Origin: an uncultured Gammaproteobacteria bacterium
GTDB taxonomy: Bacteria; Patescibacteriota; Microgenomatia; Levybacterales; UBA12049
NCBI GenBank assembly: GCA_964571255.1
Contig: CAZNAA010000001.1
Location: 551,674-615,673, forward strand
Direction: 5' to 3'
DNA: 64,000 nt
A program made the translations under genes and the position numbers. Of the stretch, positions 29,529 to 39,385 are shown one piece after another. The notes below the pieces were generated by a model that worked only from the letters and a program-made list of their open reading frames with translations, did no database searches and was not told where the DNA came from. Numbering within the stretch: the stretch's first letter is position 1; every line of letters starts with the position of its first letter.

Positions 29529-29564
29529 GAGTTTAGGATAGCATAGGAGACGGAAAAGCAAAAC

Positions 29565-30788
29565 TTAGTTCAAGTACCCGTATTGAAAAATTTGTGACGT
29601 ACTATAATGATCACTAAACTTTAAATTAGCTCCATACCAAGGATCATTCATGACGTAATCCCCATTAGATCCACTTTTAAACACAATAAAATGCGTTCCA
29701 TACGGCCCTGCTTTGACCCCAATAATAACAGGTTTTCCTGCAGCTAACTTACTATCAATTGATCCCAAGTCCTTACTCCATATAGAGGTAAATCGTCCTC
29801 CACCCCAGGGAATAAGCATATAGGCAGTATCTGAGAAGAAATAGGAGTTAGTTGCAGCAACTTCTGCAGGAGTAATAGATTGACCACTTTGTTTAAGCAC
29901 CATCGCCATAGACGTTAGTAAACAACCAACTTCCCATACTTTCTCTCCACTTGCTCCAATAGTATTGTTTCCCCACCTACTATCCCGTTGATTGTAGTAC
30001 CACCCGTCAGGACTTGCTTGAGGAGGAAGGACTCCACTTCCCGATTGAGACGTAGCAAAGGACTTAAACCCACTAATTTGGGCTCGAGCTTCTTTAAGTA
30101 AAGATTGATATTTCGCCTCGTCATTTTTGGTAACTGATAGCAGAACTTGTTTACTCTTCTTCTCTTGCTCCAATTGATTGGTATAGGCAACTAGTTGAGA
30201 TTTTAAACTCTCTACTTTTTTCTTTTTTTGCTCAAAAATATCTTTTTGATTTTGATAGTCAGTTTTGGCTTGCTGCGTATCATAAATCAGTTTTTTATCA
30301 TGCTCTTGGGCCAGCTTTATATAATTTGCCCGCCTAATGAGATCTTTTGCATCTGAAGCAGCTACAAGTAAGTGAACTGGAGGAACAGTTCCTTGCTGAT
30401 ACGTAACGACAATCCGATTAAGAAGTGCTTTGGTAATATTGGTCAAAGCTTCTTCCAAGTGTTCAATCTTATCTGTTGCTACCTCAATATCTTTGGTGAG
30501 TTTTGTGATCTCAGCTTGGGTTGAATTAATCCGAAGTTGGGTAAGTCGAGTCTGACTATCCATCACAGTAATTTGTGAAGAAAGGGTTTTCCCTTGAGCT
30601 TGGGCTTCAGCAACTTTTGATTCAAGCTCTGCGATCTTTTTTTCTAATTCTTCCTTCTTCTCTCCATTCTCTTCGGGAGTAGGAGTAGCTGAGGTAGTAG
30701 GAGTAGGGGTTGCTTCTTGCGCAAAAACCGTTAGATTAAGAGAGAGAAATCCTACGAATAAGAGAAAAAAAAACAACGTTTTTTTCAT
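29565..30788 (-). CDS. Secreted coiled-coil protein with C-terminal peptidase C39-like (C39_2) cysteine peptidase domain, likely FtsEX-controlled peptidoglycan hydrolase (PcsB/EnvC analogue)
   Basis: Signal peptide, about 200 aa of heptad-rich coiled coil, then YYNQRDSRWGN...VGCLLTSMAMVL as in Peptidase_C39_2. Immediately downstream of ftsE-ftsX. Confidence 0.55.
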   Translation of the reverse strand: MKKTLFFFLLFVGFLSLNLTVFAQEATPTPTTSATPTPEENGEKKEELEKKIAELESKVAEAQAQGKTLSSQITVMDSQTRLTQLRINSTQAEITKLTKDIEVATDKIEHLEEALTNITKALLNRIVVTYQQGTVPPVHLLVAASDAKDLIRRANYIKLAQEHDKKLIYDTQQAKTDYQNQKDIFEQKKKKVESLKSQLVAYTNQLEQEKKSKQVLLSVTKNDEAKYQSLLKEARAQISGFKSFATSQSGSGVLPPQASPDGWYYNQRDSRWGNNTIGASGEKVWEVGCLLTSMAMVLKQSGQSITPAEVAATNSYFFSDTAYMLIPWGGGRFTSIWSKDLGSIDSKLAAGKPVIIGVKAGPYGTHFIVFKSGSNGDYVMNDPWYGANLKFSDHYSTSQIFQYGYLN

Positions 30789-30795
30789 ACCTGAT

Positions 30796-31659
30796 TTATT
30801 TGTTCTTTAAATACCTGTGGACTGCTAGGAGACTGGAGAACCATCCAAGAATAATAGCGCCACATAATTCAATTCCTAAGACAATGAGAAGAAAAATAGG
30901 AGAAACAGGCAAAACTGGGATGTCTCCTAGGAAGGACTTTAAAAAGGGAGTTGCATACAAAAGCATTCCTGAGGCAATTATCCAACCAATAAAAGCTCCA
31001 ATTATCCCATAAATCATTCCTTCAAGTACAAAAGGGAAGCGAATATAGGCATTCGTTGCACTCATCAGACGCATAATCTCAATTTCTTCTCTTTTTTGAG
31101 AGATTTTAATCCCAATAATAATCACCATAAGAAAAATCGAATCAAGAATTAAAACAACGCTCAATCCCCCACCTATTTTTCGTAGTGAATCAGTCCAGCG
31201 TCTCAATTTTTCAATAATATCTTGAGGAAGAATTACATTCTCAATGATTGGGGATTTTACTAATTCTGAGAAGCTCAGCAGATCATCTAGTTTTTTAGTT
31301 GAAATATCAATAGAGGCAGGCAGAGTATCAGCAGTGACAAATTCCAAAAGGAGTGGATCATTTTTAAACCAAGCAGAGTATCTTTTATACGCTTCTTCTT
31401 GAGAGACATAGGTAATAGAGGACGTTTTTCCTGTTGCTTCAAACTCTTTCATTAAGGCATCAATCTCTGCAGGTTTTGCCTCTTTTTTAAAAAAGATATT
31501 CATCTGAGGTTGCGCCTCAAAATAGGAAATGATTTGAGCAGATCCTGAAATAATAAATGCAAAAACGGAGATGACAAAGAAGGTCTGCGTCATAATAAAA
31601 ATAGCAGCAAATGCTTGATAGGGAGAGCGTCTCATGTGTTTCCACGCAGTCGCAAACAT
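30796..31659 (-). CDS. ftsX: Cell division permease-like protein FtsX
   Basis: 4 TM with a large first extracellular loop. Follows ftsE with a 1-nt overlap. Confidence 0.8.
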   Translation of the reverse strand: MFATAWKHMRRSPYQAFAAIFIMTQTFFVISVFAFIISGSAQIISYFEAQPQMNIFFKKEAKPAEIDALMKEFEATGKTSSITYVSQEEAYKRYSAWFKNDPLLLEFVTADTLPASIDISTKKLDDLLSFSELVKSPIIENVILPQDIIEKLRRWTDSLRKIGGGLSVVLILDSIFLMVIIIGIKISQKREEIEIMRLMSATNAYIRFPFVLEGMIYGIIGAFIGWIIASGMLLYATPFLKSFLGDIPVLPVSPIFLLIVLGIELCGAIILGWFSSLLAVHRYLKNK

Positions 31660-32453
31660 TATTTCTCCTCCTCCTTTTTATGCGTTTCATGCTTTTCCTC
31701 TTTTTTCTCTCCGTGCTCGTGTTTTTCCTCACTTTTCACTTCATGTTTTACTTCTGTTTTAACCTCATGTTTCTCCTCAGGCTTAGATTCTTTTTTGGTA
31801 TCTTTCATAAGCTTTCCCTTTTCTAACGTAATAACTCGTTTTACGATATTATTTACAATATCGGTATTGTGCGTTGCCATAAGAACTGTAGTACCTTTTT
31901 CATTAATATCTTGAAGTAGTTTCACAATCTCCCAAGAGGTTGCCATATCTAAATTTCCTGTTGGTTCATCAGCTAAAAGAATTTGAGGAGAAAAAACGAG
32001 TGCTCGAGCAATAGCCGCTCGTTGCAACTCACCACCAGAGAGTTGAATGGGAAATTTATCTCGGTGTTGAGAGATTCCCACCTGCTCCATTACGGCATGA
32101 ACCTTTTCTGCCGCTTCTCTTTCAGAGAGTTGGGCAATATGCAAAGGAAGAAGAATATTTTCAAAAATGGTTCGATCTGAGAGAAGTTTAAGATCTTGAA
32201 AAATAACTCCAATGTTTCGTCTAAGAGAGGGGATTTTATTTTTAGGAAGTTTAGCTAAATCCCATTCATTAACCAAAACACTCCCTGTTGAGGGGAGCAT
32301 ATCTCGAATAAGCATACGTAATAGAGTCGTTTTCCCACTTCCTGATGGTCCCACCAGAAAAAGAAACTCTCCAGGATCTACGGAGAGAGAAATACTATCT
32401 AGAGCCATTTCTCCAGTCGGGTATGCTTTTGATACGTTAACTAATTGAATCAT
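31659..32453 (-). CDS. ftsE: Cell division ATP-binding protein FtsE with a His/Lys/Glu-rich C-terminal tail
   Basis: Walker A GPSGSGKTT, ABC signature LSGGELQR, Walker B LLADEPTGNLD. Tail HEVKTEVKHEVKSEEKHEHGEKKEEKHETHKKEEEK. Confidence 0.85.
   Translation of the reverse strand: MIQLVNVSKAYPTGEMALDSISLSVDPGEFLFLVGPSGSGKTTLLRMLIRDMLPSTGSVLVNEWDLAKLPKNKIPSLRRNIGVIFQDLKLLSDRTIFENILLPLHIAQLSEREAAEKVHAVMEQVGISQHRDKFPIQLSGGELQRAAIARALVFSPQILLADEPTGNLDMATSWEIVKLLQDINEKGTTVLMATHNTDIVNNIVKRVITLEKGKLMKDTKKESKPEEKHEVKTEVKHEVKSEEKHEHGEKKEEKHETHKKEEEK
31662..31795 (-). repeat. Low-complexity, imperfectly reiterated coding repeat encoding the FtsE KE/H tail
   Basis: Reiterated catg(c/t)ttt(t/c)cctc units are visible on the plus strand. 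Confidence 0.5.
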
Positions 32454-32470
32454 AGACAGGAAAGAGATGA

Positions 32471-32941
32471 TTACTTAATAACTTGGACTCGGCCAACATC
32501 CATGAGCCATCCAGCAGATTGTCCATCATACGTTTGTCCCCAGATTTGAATTTCTTTTCCAACAAAAATTGAGAGATCAAGTGTTGAGGAAGATAAATAG
32601 ATGTTTTGACTGTCTCCCCCTGGTCTAACTAAGTGATATTCTCCTTCTCCATTTATTCCACCTTCTGCAAGCTTGCCTTTTGCATCATCTTTAAAGATCT
32701 TCTGATCAGTTGAGCCATAGGTTTTTCCAACTTCAATTTGATCTTTTGCCGTTGGTGTTTCTGAGACACTCACTGTGTTGATTTTCCCTCCAGAGGAGGC
32801 AAAGATGTATCCTGTTCCCAGTCCTAAAATAGCTGAAGCGAGTAAAATGAGAATGACTGGCATGGTAAATAGTGGTGTTTTTTCCATAGGTGTATCCATG
32901 GTATGCAATACTTCCGATTCTTGATTTTGTGTTTGCTCCAT
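32471..32941 (-). CDS. Membrane-anchored hypothetical protein (first gene of the ftsEX operon)
   Basis: Single TM (FTMPVILILLASAILGLGTGYIF) followed by a soluble domain. No known motif. Confidence 0.35.
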   Translation of the reverse strand: MEQTQNQESEVLHTMDTPMEKTPLFTMPVILILLASAILGLGTGYIFASSGGKINTVSVSETPTAKDQIEVGKTYGSTDQKIFKDDAKGKLAEGGINGEGEYHLVRPGGDSQNIYLSSSTLDLSIFVGKEIQIWGQTYDGQSAGWLMDVGRVQVIK

Positions 32942-33002
32942 AGAAAAACGAACAATCTCAGTAAAACATATTTTGAAAGATTTGGCAACCCAAGGGGTAA
33001 AT

Positions 33003-34010
33003 TTAGGAGAGGAGCCGAATTTCTGCCTGGATGAATTGCTCTATCTCTCCATCTAATACTGCTGAGGTATTTGAGGTTTCAACATCCGTTCGTAAGTCCT
33101 TTACCATTTGGTATGGGTGCAAAACGTAGGAGCGAATCTGGTTTCCCCAGCCTGGAGTTTTATACCCTCCTTTTAATTCTTCTTGCTGTTTTCTCTCTTC
33201 TTCTTGCTGAAGTGCCCAGAGTTTGGCTCGAAGGATTTTCATCGCAAACTCTCTATTTTGATTTTGATATCTTTCAGCTTGAGCTGTGACGACAATACCA
33301 CTTGGTTTATGCTTAATTCGAACGGCGGTTGAGACTTTGTTCACATTTTGCCCTCCATGCCCCCCAGCTCGAAAGGCGTCAAATTCCAAATCATCCTCTT
33401 TAATTATAATCGCCGCATTTTGCTCAATTTGGGGCAACACTTCAACGAGAGCAAATGAAGTTTGACGAAGGTTATCTGAGTTAAACGGAGATTGACGAAC
33501 AAGACGGTGTACTCCTGCTTCAAATCGCAAAAGACCATAAACATACTCCCCATCCACTGTGAGTGAAATACTTTTAATTCCAGCTTCTTCTCCTGGAGTA
33601 TGATCTACTATTTCATATGTCCAATTCTTTCTCTCAAAATATCTCGTATACATTCGATAAAGCATCTCTGCCCAATCCATTGCCTCAGTTCCTCCTTGTC
33701 CAGAATGAATTGAAATAATTGCACCATCTTTGTCATACGGTGAGGTAAAATATAAAATTGCTTCTAACTTTTCTAGAAGTTGCTCAGCTTCTGAAAATTC
33801 TTTCTCGTCAATCCAAAGTTGTAAAAGCTCTAACTCCTCTACTTCTTTTTGCAACTTCGCCATCTCCTTCATTTTCTCCCCCGCTCCTCTGGCATCATCC
33901 CAAAAAGTAGACGTGCCTGACTCCTGAGTAAGTTCAGCAATCTTTTGTTTTTTTCCAGGAATATCTGATTTTTCTAATACTTTTTGTGCACGAAGGGAAA
34001 GGTTGTCCAT
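33003..34010 (-). CDS. prfB: Peptide chain release factor 2, encoded in a single frame (no programmed frameshift)
   Basis: SPF motif [13 protein letters not shown] motif [22 protein letters not shown]-terminus aligns to the post-shift part of canonical RF2. The ORF-track start (34103) is a TTG extension into the upstream gene; ATG at 34010 chosen. Confidence 0.8.
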   Translation of the reverse strand: MDNLSLRAQKVLEKSDIPGKKQKIAELTQESGTSTFWDDARGAGEKMKEMAKLQKEVEELELLQLWIDEKEFSEAEQLLEKLEAILYFTSPYDKDGAIISIHSGQGGTEAMDWAEMLYRMYTRYFERKNWTYEIVDHTPGEEAGIKSISLTVDGEYVYGLLRFEAGVHRLVRQSPFNSDNLRQTSFALVEVLPQIEQNAAIIIKEDDLEFDAFRAGGHGGQNVNKVSTAVRIKHKPSGIVVTAQAERYQNQNREFAMKILRAKLWALQQEEERKQQEELKGGYKTPGWGNQIRSYVLHPYQMVKDLRTDVETSNTSAVLDGEIEQFIQAEIRLLS

Positions 34011-34024
34011 AGAGGTATTATACT

Positions 34025-35422
34025 CTAGATCAAAGAGACAATGGCAGCCACAGCAGCAACTGTCATAAGAAGCACTACATACCAGCCCACAGCAGCAACC
34101 CAATCACTATTTGCCCATTTTCCCATAACTACCTTATCACTACTAATTCGAACAATCAGGATAAGAATAACTGGTGCAATTAATCCATTTGCCAAAGCAG
34201 AATACAAAAGAGCTTTTATAGGGTCTATTCCCAAAAAGTTCATCCCTAGTCCTAGTAACATAGAGATAATAATAACGCCATAAAAAGAAGGCGCATCATT
34301 TAGTTTTCGATATAATCCATGTCTCCATTTCATACTTTCAGAAATAGCATAGGAGGCTGAACCTGCCAGGACAGGGATTGAGAGAAGACCAGTTCCGATA
34401 ACTCCTAGAGCAAAGAGTAAATAGGCTTTATCTCCTGCAATGGGACGAAGCGCTTGAGCTGCATCAGCTGCTGTTTTGATTTCAGTTACTCCACTTCGGA
34501 AAAGAGTCATGCCACAAGCAGCGATGATAAAAAACATAACTAAATTGGAGAGAAACATCCCTGACCAAACATCAATTCTCATCTTTTTTACTTGACTTGG
34601 ATTTGCTCCTTCTCGAAGTCTCAGAGTTGTTTTCCCTTTAAGAATTGCCTCTTCGACTTCTTGAGAGGTTTGCCAGAAGAAAAGGTAGGGAGAAATTGTT
34701 GTTCCTAATATGGCACAAATTAAAATGATTTGATCTTTGGAAAAAGTAATCGAGGGAATAAAAGCTGAGGAAAGTAACTCTTTCCAATCAAATTGGATAC
34801 TCAAGGCAGAAAAGATATAAGAGAGAAGAACAAGTGCTAACCATTTAAGGTATTTGGCATATTTCTCATAAGACGTAAAAATTTGAAGTGCTAGAGTAAA
34901 AACCGTAAAGCAAATAAGTACCATATTAAAGTTTAAAGAGGGAACAAGTAATTGAGTAGATTTTGCCATAGCTCCTAAGTTGGCCCCGATATTGAGCGTG
35001 TTAGCAGCAAAAAGAAGCAGAGTACAGGTATAGAGTACTTTTTTTGAATAATACAATCTAATATTTCCTGCCAACCCTCTTCCCGTAACTAGTCCAATTC
35101 GAGCACACATTTCTTGAACAACTGACATTAATGGGAAAGTAAAAAAGGCAAGCCAGCTAAGTTGCAACCCATATGATGCACCAGTTTGGGAATAAGTAGC
35201 AATTCCTGATGGATCATCATCGGCTGCTCCTGTTGTCAGTCCTGGTCCCAAAGTGTGCCAGTATTCTCTCGCTCTTTTCACTTGAGGCTGATTATGTACT
35301 GATTTCATTACCCCTTTGGAGACATTTATTGATCCTTGCAAAAGATCTGAGGGAACTTCTGTAAGCTTTTTGGCAACATTTTCCATATATTCAGCGTACG
35401 TGAAGAAGCTAAACGGTGTCAA
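34025..35422 (-). CDS. mntH: NRAMP family divalent metal (Mn2+/Fe2+) transporter
   Basis: [22 protein letters not shown]...[16 protein letters not shown] Nramp signature. 11-12 TM. Confidence 0.75.
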   Translation of the reverse strand: MTPFSFFTYAEYMENVAKKLTEVPSDLLQGSINVSKGVMKSVHNQPQVKRAREYWHTLGPGLTTGAADDDPSGIATYSQTGASYGLQLSWLAFFTFPLMSVVQEMCARIGLVTGRGLAGNIRLYYSKKVLYTCTLLLFAANTLNIGANLGAMAKSTQLLVPSLNFNMVLICFTVFTLALQIFTSYEKYAKYLKWLALVLLSYIFSALSIQFDWKELLSSAFIPSITFSKDQIILICAILGTTISPYLFFWQTSQEVEEAILKGKTTLRLREGANPSQVKKMRIDVWSGMFLSNLVMFFIIAACGMTLFRSGVTEIKTAADAAQALRPIAGDKAYLLFALGVIGTGLLSIPVLAGSASYAISESMKWRHGLYRKLNDAPSFYGVIIISMLLGLGMNFLGIDPIKALLYSALANGLIAPVILILIVRISSDKVVMGKWANSDWVAAVGWYVVLLMTVAAVAAIVSLI

Positions 35423-35428
35423 TATAGA

Positions 35429-35794
35429 TTACTTTGATGGAGCTTTGGGAAGAGGAATCTGTTTTGCCTGCTCAAGCGCATATTGAGCCATTTCCCACAA
35501 ATCTGATGGAATTTTTCTACTTCGAGAAAGGGTATTTGTTATATCTTCTAGTTTAAATTCTTGTTTTTTAATTGTTTCAACCTGCGTAGTGATATCGGAT
35601 TGTAATTGTTCTTTAGGATCTTTTTTTTCATCAGTTACTCCAAGCACTTTTGGAGAAATCCCTAGTTGTTTGGCTAAAAATAACTTTAATCCTGGGGAAA
35701 AAAGCGTTAATCCGTAAAGCCCAAATAACAAGAGCAAAATAATAATGATACTTCGAGCAATTCCGTAATGGAAATGCTTATGACGCATTAACAT
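35429..35794 (-). CDS. Membrane-anchored hypothetical protein
   Basis: 121 aa with one TM. No motif. Confidence 0.3.
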   Translation of the reverse strand: MLMRHKHFHYGIARSIIIILLLLFGLYGLTLFSPGLKLFLAKQLGISPKVLGVTDEKKDPKEQLQSDITTQVETIKKQEFKLEDITNTLSRSRKIPSDLWEMAQYALEQAKQIPLPKAPSK

Positions 35795-35797
35795 ACT

Positions 35798-37687
35798 CTA
35801 TTTTTTCTCCTTTTTAGAAAAAGTTGCTATGACATTTCTTACTGCATGCACAATAGCACTGTGGTCAATATGCGCATCTTTTAATAACTCTTCTTTCGTT
35901 CCACTCGTACTAATATGCGTTACCGCTAGTTTTGAAACAAATGATTCTGTATGCGAGACTGCTGAAAGGACAAAATCCCCCAATCCACCGTGTTCAAAAT
36001 GATCCTCAACCGTAACAAGAGCAGGATATTTAGTTTCTGAGAGACAATTGAGGATGGCTTGTTGATCAATAGGTTTTAGTGAGTAACAATCCAGTACTCG
36101 TACCCAAATTCCTTCTTGCTCTAATATCTTTTGGGCTTTTACTGCCTCACCAACTGTTATACCTGATGCCACAATAGTTACTTCATCTTTTTCACTTGAG
36201 ACAAGAAGTTTTGACCCTCCAATCGGGAATTTTTCAGACGCATCATATAATACTGGTGTTTTTGGTCGAAGTGTACGAAGATAGGAGATTCCCTGACAGG
36301 AAAGAATATGCGGAAAAAGTGCTTGAGTAGAAATTGGATCACTTGGTTGCAAGATAAGTACTCCAGGAAGAGAACCAAAAAAAGCAAGATCCTCAAGTCC
36401 CATTTGTGAAGGACCGTCCTCTCCAATGGAGACTCCAGAGTGAGACCCACAAAATGAAATACGAGACTCAGAAACTACTGCCATTCGAATCTGATCGGCA
36501 GCTCGCATGAGAAAGGCACTAAACGTACTGGCAAAAGGATAAAATCCTAACTTTGATAACCCAACAGCAACACTTGCCATATTCTGCTCTGCAATAAAAC
36601 ATTCAAGTGATTGACTAGGAGTTGTATCAAATACTTTCTCAGAAAAGGTTGAATTTTTCGTATCAGCATCCAAAACAATGATTCGTTTGTCTTGCGCTAC
36701 TACTTCTGCTAACACTTCTCCATATACCTCACGTGTTGCTTTCTCCTCAGTTTGAGAAAGTGAAGAAACAAATGTGGACTGAGGATAGTAAGAAGTAAGT
36801 AAAATCTTATGAGTTGGTTTTCGCGACTCAAATCTCAACTCATCTGAAACTACTCCTAACTCATTTAGTGCTATGGTAAGCTCCTGCTCTGATAGAGCTT
36901 TTCCATGCCATTTTTCTTTATTCTCCATAAGAGAAACCCCTTTGCCTTTAATCGTTTTGGCAACAATTACATGGGGCTTTCCGTCTTTTTGTTTGTGGCA
37001 AAGAGCTAAAGCTTCATCAATTTCTGCTAATGAATGACCATCAATGGTTATGGTGTGTGCTCCGAATGATTCAAACCGATTATGATATGCGGAAATATCA
37101 TGCTCAAACATCGTGGGATCTGATTGAGCTAGCCTATTAATATCAGCCATGATAATGAGATTGTCTAATTTGTAATATGAGGCAAAATTCAGCGCTTCCC
37201 AAACTTGTCCTTCTGCTAATTCTCCGTCTCCCGTTAAAACATATACATGAGGCAAAGGGAACTTTCGATGCGGCATTTCCTCAACAATTTTTTTCATCCC
37301 CCATCCCATTCCCGCTCCAACTGATACTCCTTGTCCCAAAGATCCTGTAGCAGCTTCTGTAAAAGGAAATGCAGGGGTTGGATGTCCTTCCAAGCGGGAG
37401 TGATATTTTCTAAGTGTGTTTAGCTCAGAGAAAGGAATATCTCCTGAGACAGCATAACAGGCATAGAGAAGAGGTGCAGCGTGACCTTTAGAGAAAACAA
37501 GTCTGTCATTTAAAACATTTTCAGGACATTGGCTATCAAAGGTATAGTACTTTTCAAAAAGAACAGCCAGTAAGTCAGCTGCTGAAAGACAAGAGGAAGG
37601 ATGTCCTGACCCAGCTTCAGTAGTGGCAATAAGGCTTAGCTTGCGAAGAAGAGTTGCTTTATGTTGTAAGACTGATTCATTACTCAT
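35798..37687 (-). CDS. tkt: Transketolase
   Basis: GSGHPSSCLSAADLLAVLF, HSRLEGHP, GDGELAEGQVWEA (TPP binding). 629 aa. Confidence 0.85.
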   Translation of the reverse strand: MSNESVLQHKATLLRKLSLIATTEAGSGHPSSCLSAADLLAVLFEKYYTFDSQCPENVLNDRLVFSKGHAAPLLYACYAVSGDIPFSELNTLRKYHSRLEGHPTPAFPFTEAATGSLGQGVSVGAGMGWGMKKIVEEMPHRKFPLPHVYVLTGDGELAEGQVWEALNFASYYKLDNLIIMADINRLAQSDPTMFEHDISAYHNRFESFGAHTITIDGHSLAEIDEALALCHKQKDGKPHVIVAKTIKGKGVSLMENKEKWHGKALSEQELTIALNELGVVSDELRFESRKPTHKILLTSYYPQSTFVSSLSQTEEKATREVYGEVLAEVVAQDKRIIVLDADTKNSTFSEKVFDTTPSQSLECFIAEQNMASVAVGLSKLGFYPFASTFSAFLMRAADQIRMAVVSESRISFCGSHSGVSIGEDGPSQMGLEDLAFFGSLPGVLILQPSDPISTQALFPHILSCQGISYLRTLRPKTPVLYDASEKFPIGGSKLLVSSEKDEVTIVASGITVGEAVKAQKILEQEGIWVRVLDCYSLKPIDQQAILNCLSETKYPALVTVEDHFEHGGLGDFVLSAVSHTESFVSKLAVTHISTSGTKEELLKDAHIDHSAIVHAVRNVIATFSKKEKK

Positions 37688-38688
37688 AAAGGGATAGTAT
37701 TACTTGGTCTTTTTTGCAAAAAAGCATGGATATTTTCAATGGTTACCTTAAGAATTTTATGAAGTGACTGGGTACTATTAAAGGCGTTATGAGGAGTAAT
37801 AAAGACATTTTCTTTTGATAAAAGAACGTGATTTAAGACTTGTGTTTTCAAATCACAAGACGAAAGGAAATTCTTTGAAAGAAGCTGTCTTTCCTCTTTA
37901 ATATTACACTCCTCCTCAATCACATCAAGTCCTACCTTTGAGAGTATCCCTTCATCTATTGCCTTTACTAATCCTTCTGTATCAATAAGAGCTCCTCTCG
38001 CTGTATTAATGAGGATACTTCCTTTTTTCATAAGAGATAGTTTGTTATAGGAGAGAAGATGATGGGTTTCTTTAGTATACGGCAAGTGAAGACTAAGAAT
38101 ATCTGACTTTTTTAACACCTCATCCATCTCTGCAAATTTCACTCCATAGATTTCACTATCCTCTGGATTAGGGTGCCGGGTATAAACAAGCGTTTTCATG
38201 CCAAAACCCCGGGCAATTTGTGAGACATGCTTGCCAATATTGCCAAAGCCCAAAAGACCTATGGTTTTTCCAAAAATATCCATTCCAGAAAGATTAGTTA
38301 AATCAAAACTCCCTTTTCTTGTTTCCTCAACTGAGGGGATAATGTTTCGAGTCATAGCAAGAAGTAGAGCAAAGGTATGCTCAGCAACAGAATGTGTCCC
38401 GTATTCAGGGACGTTGACCAAAGTAATTTTCTTTTCTTTACACTCCGCAACGTCAATATGGTCAAATCCCGTAGAGCGAGTCGCAATGAGTTTTAATTTA
38501 GGTAAAGAAGCAATAATTTCTTTTGTAACTTCTGAGTAGATAAAAACACAAAGAATATCAATTTCAGAAAGGGAGGAAACATGTTCGGGAGTTAAGTGTT
38601 CATGGAAGAAAAGAAGATTTTCTTTCCCAAATGCTTCCTCAAAAAAAGGTTTTTCCCATTCTTCAACTTCAAACATGGCAGCTTTCAT
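37684..38688 (-). CDS. D-isomer-specific 2-hydroxyacid dehydrogenase (D-LDH/PGDH family)
   Basis: GLLGFGNIGKHVSQIARGFGMKTLVYTRH NAD-binding motif. Catalytic His region ITPHNA. Confidence 0.7.
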   Translation of the reverse strand: MKAAMFEVEEWEKPFFEEAFGKENLLFFHEHLTPEHVSSLSEIDILCVFIYSEVTKEIIASLPKLKLIATRSTGFDHIDVAECKEKKITLVNVPEYGTHSVAEHTFALLLAMTRNIIPSVEETRKGSFDLTNLSGMDIFGKTIGLLGFGNIGKHVSQIARGFGMKTLVYTRHPNPEDSEIYGVKFAEMDEVLKKSDILSLHLPYTKETHHLLSYNKLSLMKKGSILINTARGALIDTEGLVKAIDEGILSKVGLDVIEEECNIKEERQLLSKNFLSSCDLKTQVLNHVLLSKENVFITPHNAFNSTQSLHKILKVTIENIHAFLQKRPSNTIPL

Positions 38689-38718
38689 ATAGTCATCATA
38701 CCATGAAGAAGAGGATGT

Positions 38719-39336
38719 TTATACCTTCATCTCTAAACTTTTCCAGAGATAGCGAGAAGCGTATGAGCGATATGGTATCCATTGAGAAACAATCACATCA
38801 GCAGTTTCTGAAGTAACGGGATCAAGACCATACAGTTTTTTTATCGCATTACGGAGTCCTAAATCTCCATAGGAGAAGATATCCTCTCTTCCCATGCTAA
38901 AGAGTAAAAACATCTCAGCAGTCCATCTCCCAACTCCATTAATTTGAATAAGCGTAGCAATAATATCCTCATTACTCATCTCATCAAATTTTTCAAACAG
39001 TAGTGGGCTATCTATGACATGTTGAGCAATGGATTTGACATATTTCACTTTGGCGTACGACATGCCAACTCCTCTCATCATTTCAGTATCTATTTCCATT
39101 ACTTTCTCTGGAGTAATTTTTTTGTCAAGAAAAAGAGCTTCAAATCGAGCAAAGATAACGTCAGCCACCTTTATTGATAACTGTTGGGAAACAATGGATT
39201 CAATAAGGGAGATAAAATAATCTGTTGAATGAGTTTGAGGTAAAACGCCACAGGATATAATTACACTAGCAAGAATTGGATCTTTCTCTGAAAGGAATAA
39301 AGCTATTTCCGAAGGAGTTTTCTTTACTGAAGTCAT
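38719..39336 (-). CDS. HhH-GPD DNA glycosylase (AlkA/DNA-3-methyladenine glycosylase II-like)
   Basis: LIQINGVGRWTAEMFLLFSMGREDIFSYGDLGLRNAI, helix-hairpin-helix with GD. Confidence 0.65.
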   Translation of the reverse strand: MTSVKKTPSEIALFLSEKDPILASVIISCGVLPQTHSTDYFISLIESIVSQQLSIKVADVIFARFEALFLDKKITPEKVMEIDTEMMRGVGMSYAKVKYVKSIAQHVIDSPLLFEKFDEMSNEDIIATLIQINGVGRWTAEMFLLFSMGREDIFSYGDLGLRNAIKKLYGLDPVTSETADVIVSQWIPYRSYASRYLWKSLEMKV

Positions 39337-39385
39337 ATCAAAAAAGTAGCTGTATCATACCACGAATCTGGAGGAGTAACTAAAT

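Noticed and set aside
34029-34035. CTTTGAT motif upstream of prfB resembling the RF2 +1 frameshift site (CUU UGA C)
   Set aside because: It lies 5 codons upstream of the ATG, in a frame whose only upstream start would yield a peptide of about 9 aa. The canonical shift position (KSD|IPGKK region) is read in-frame with no TGA. The T after the TGA is also atypical.
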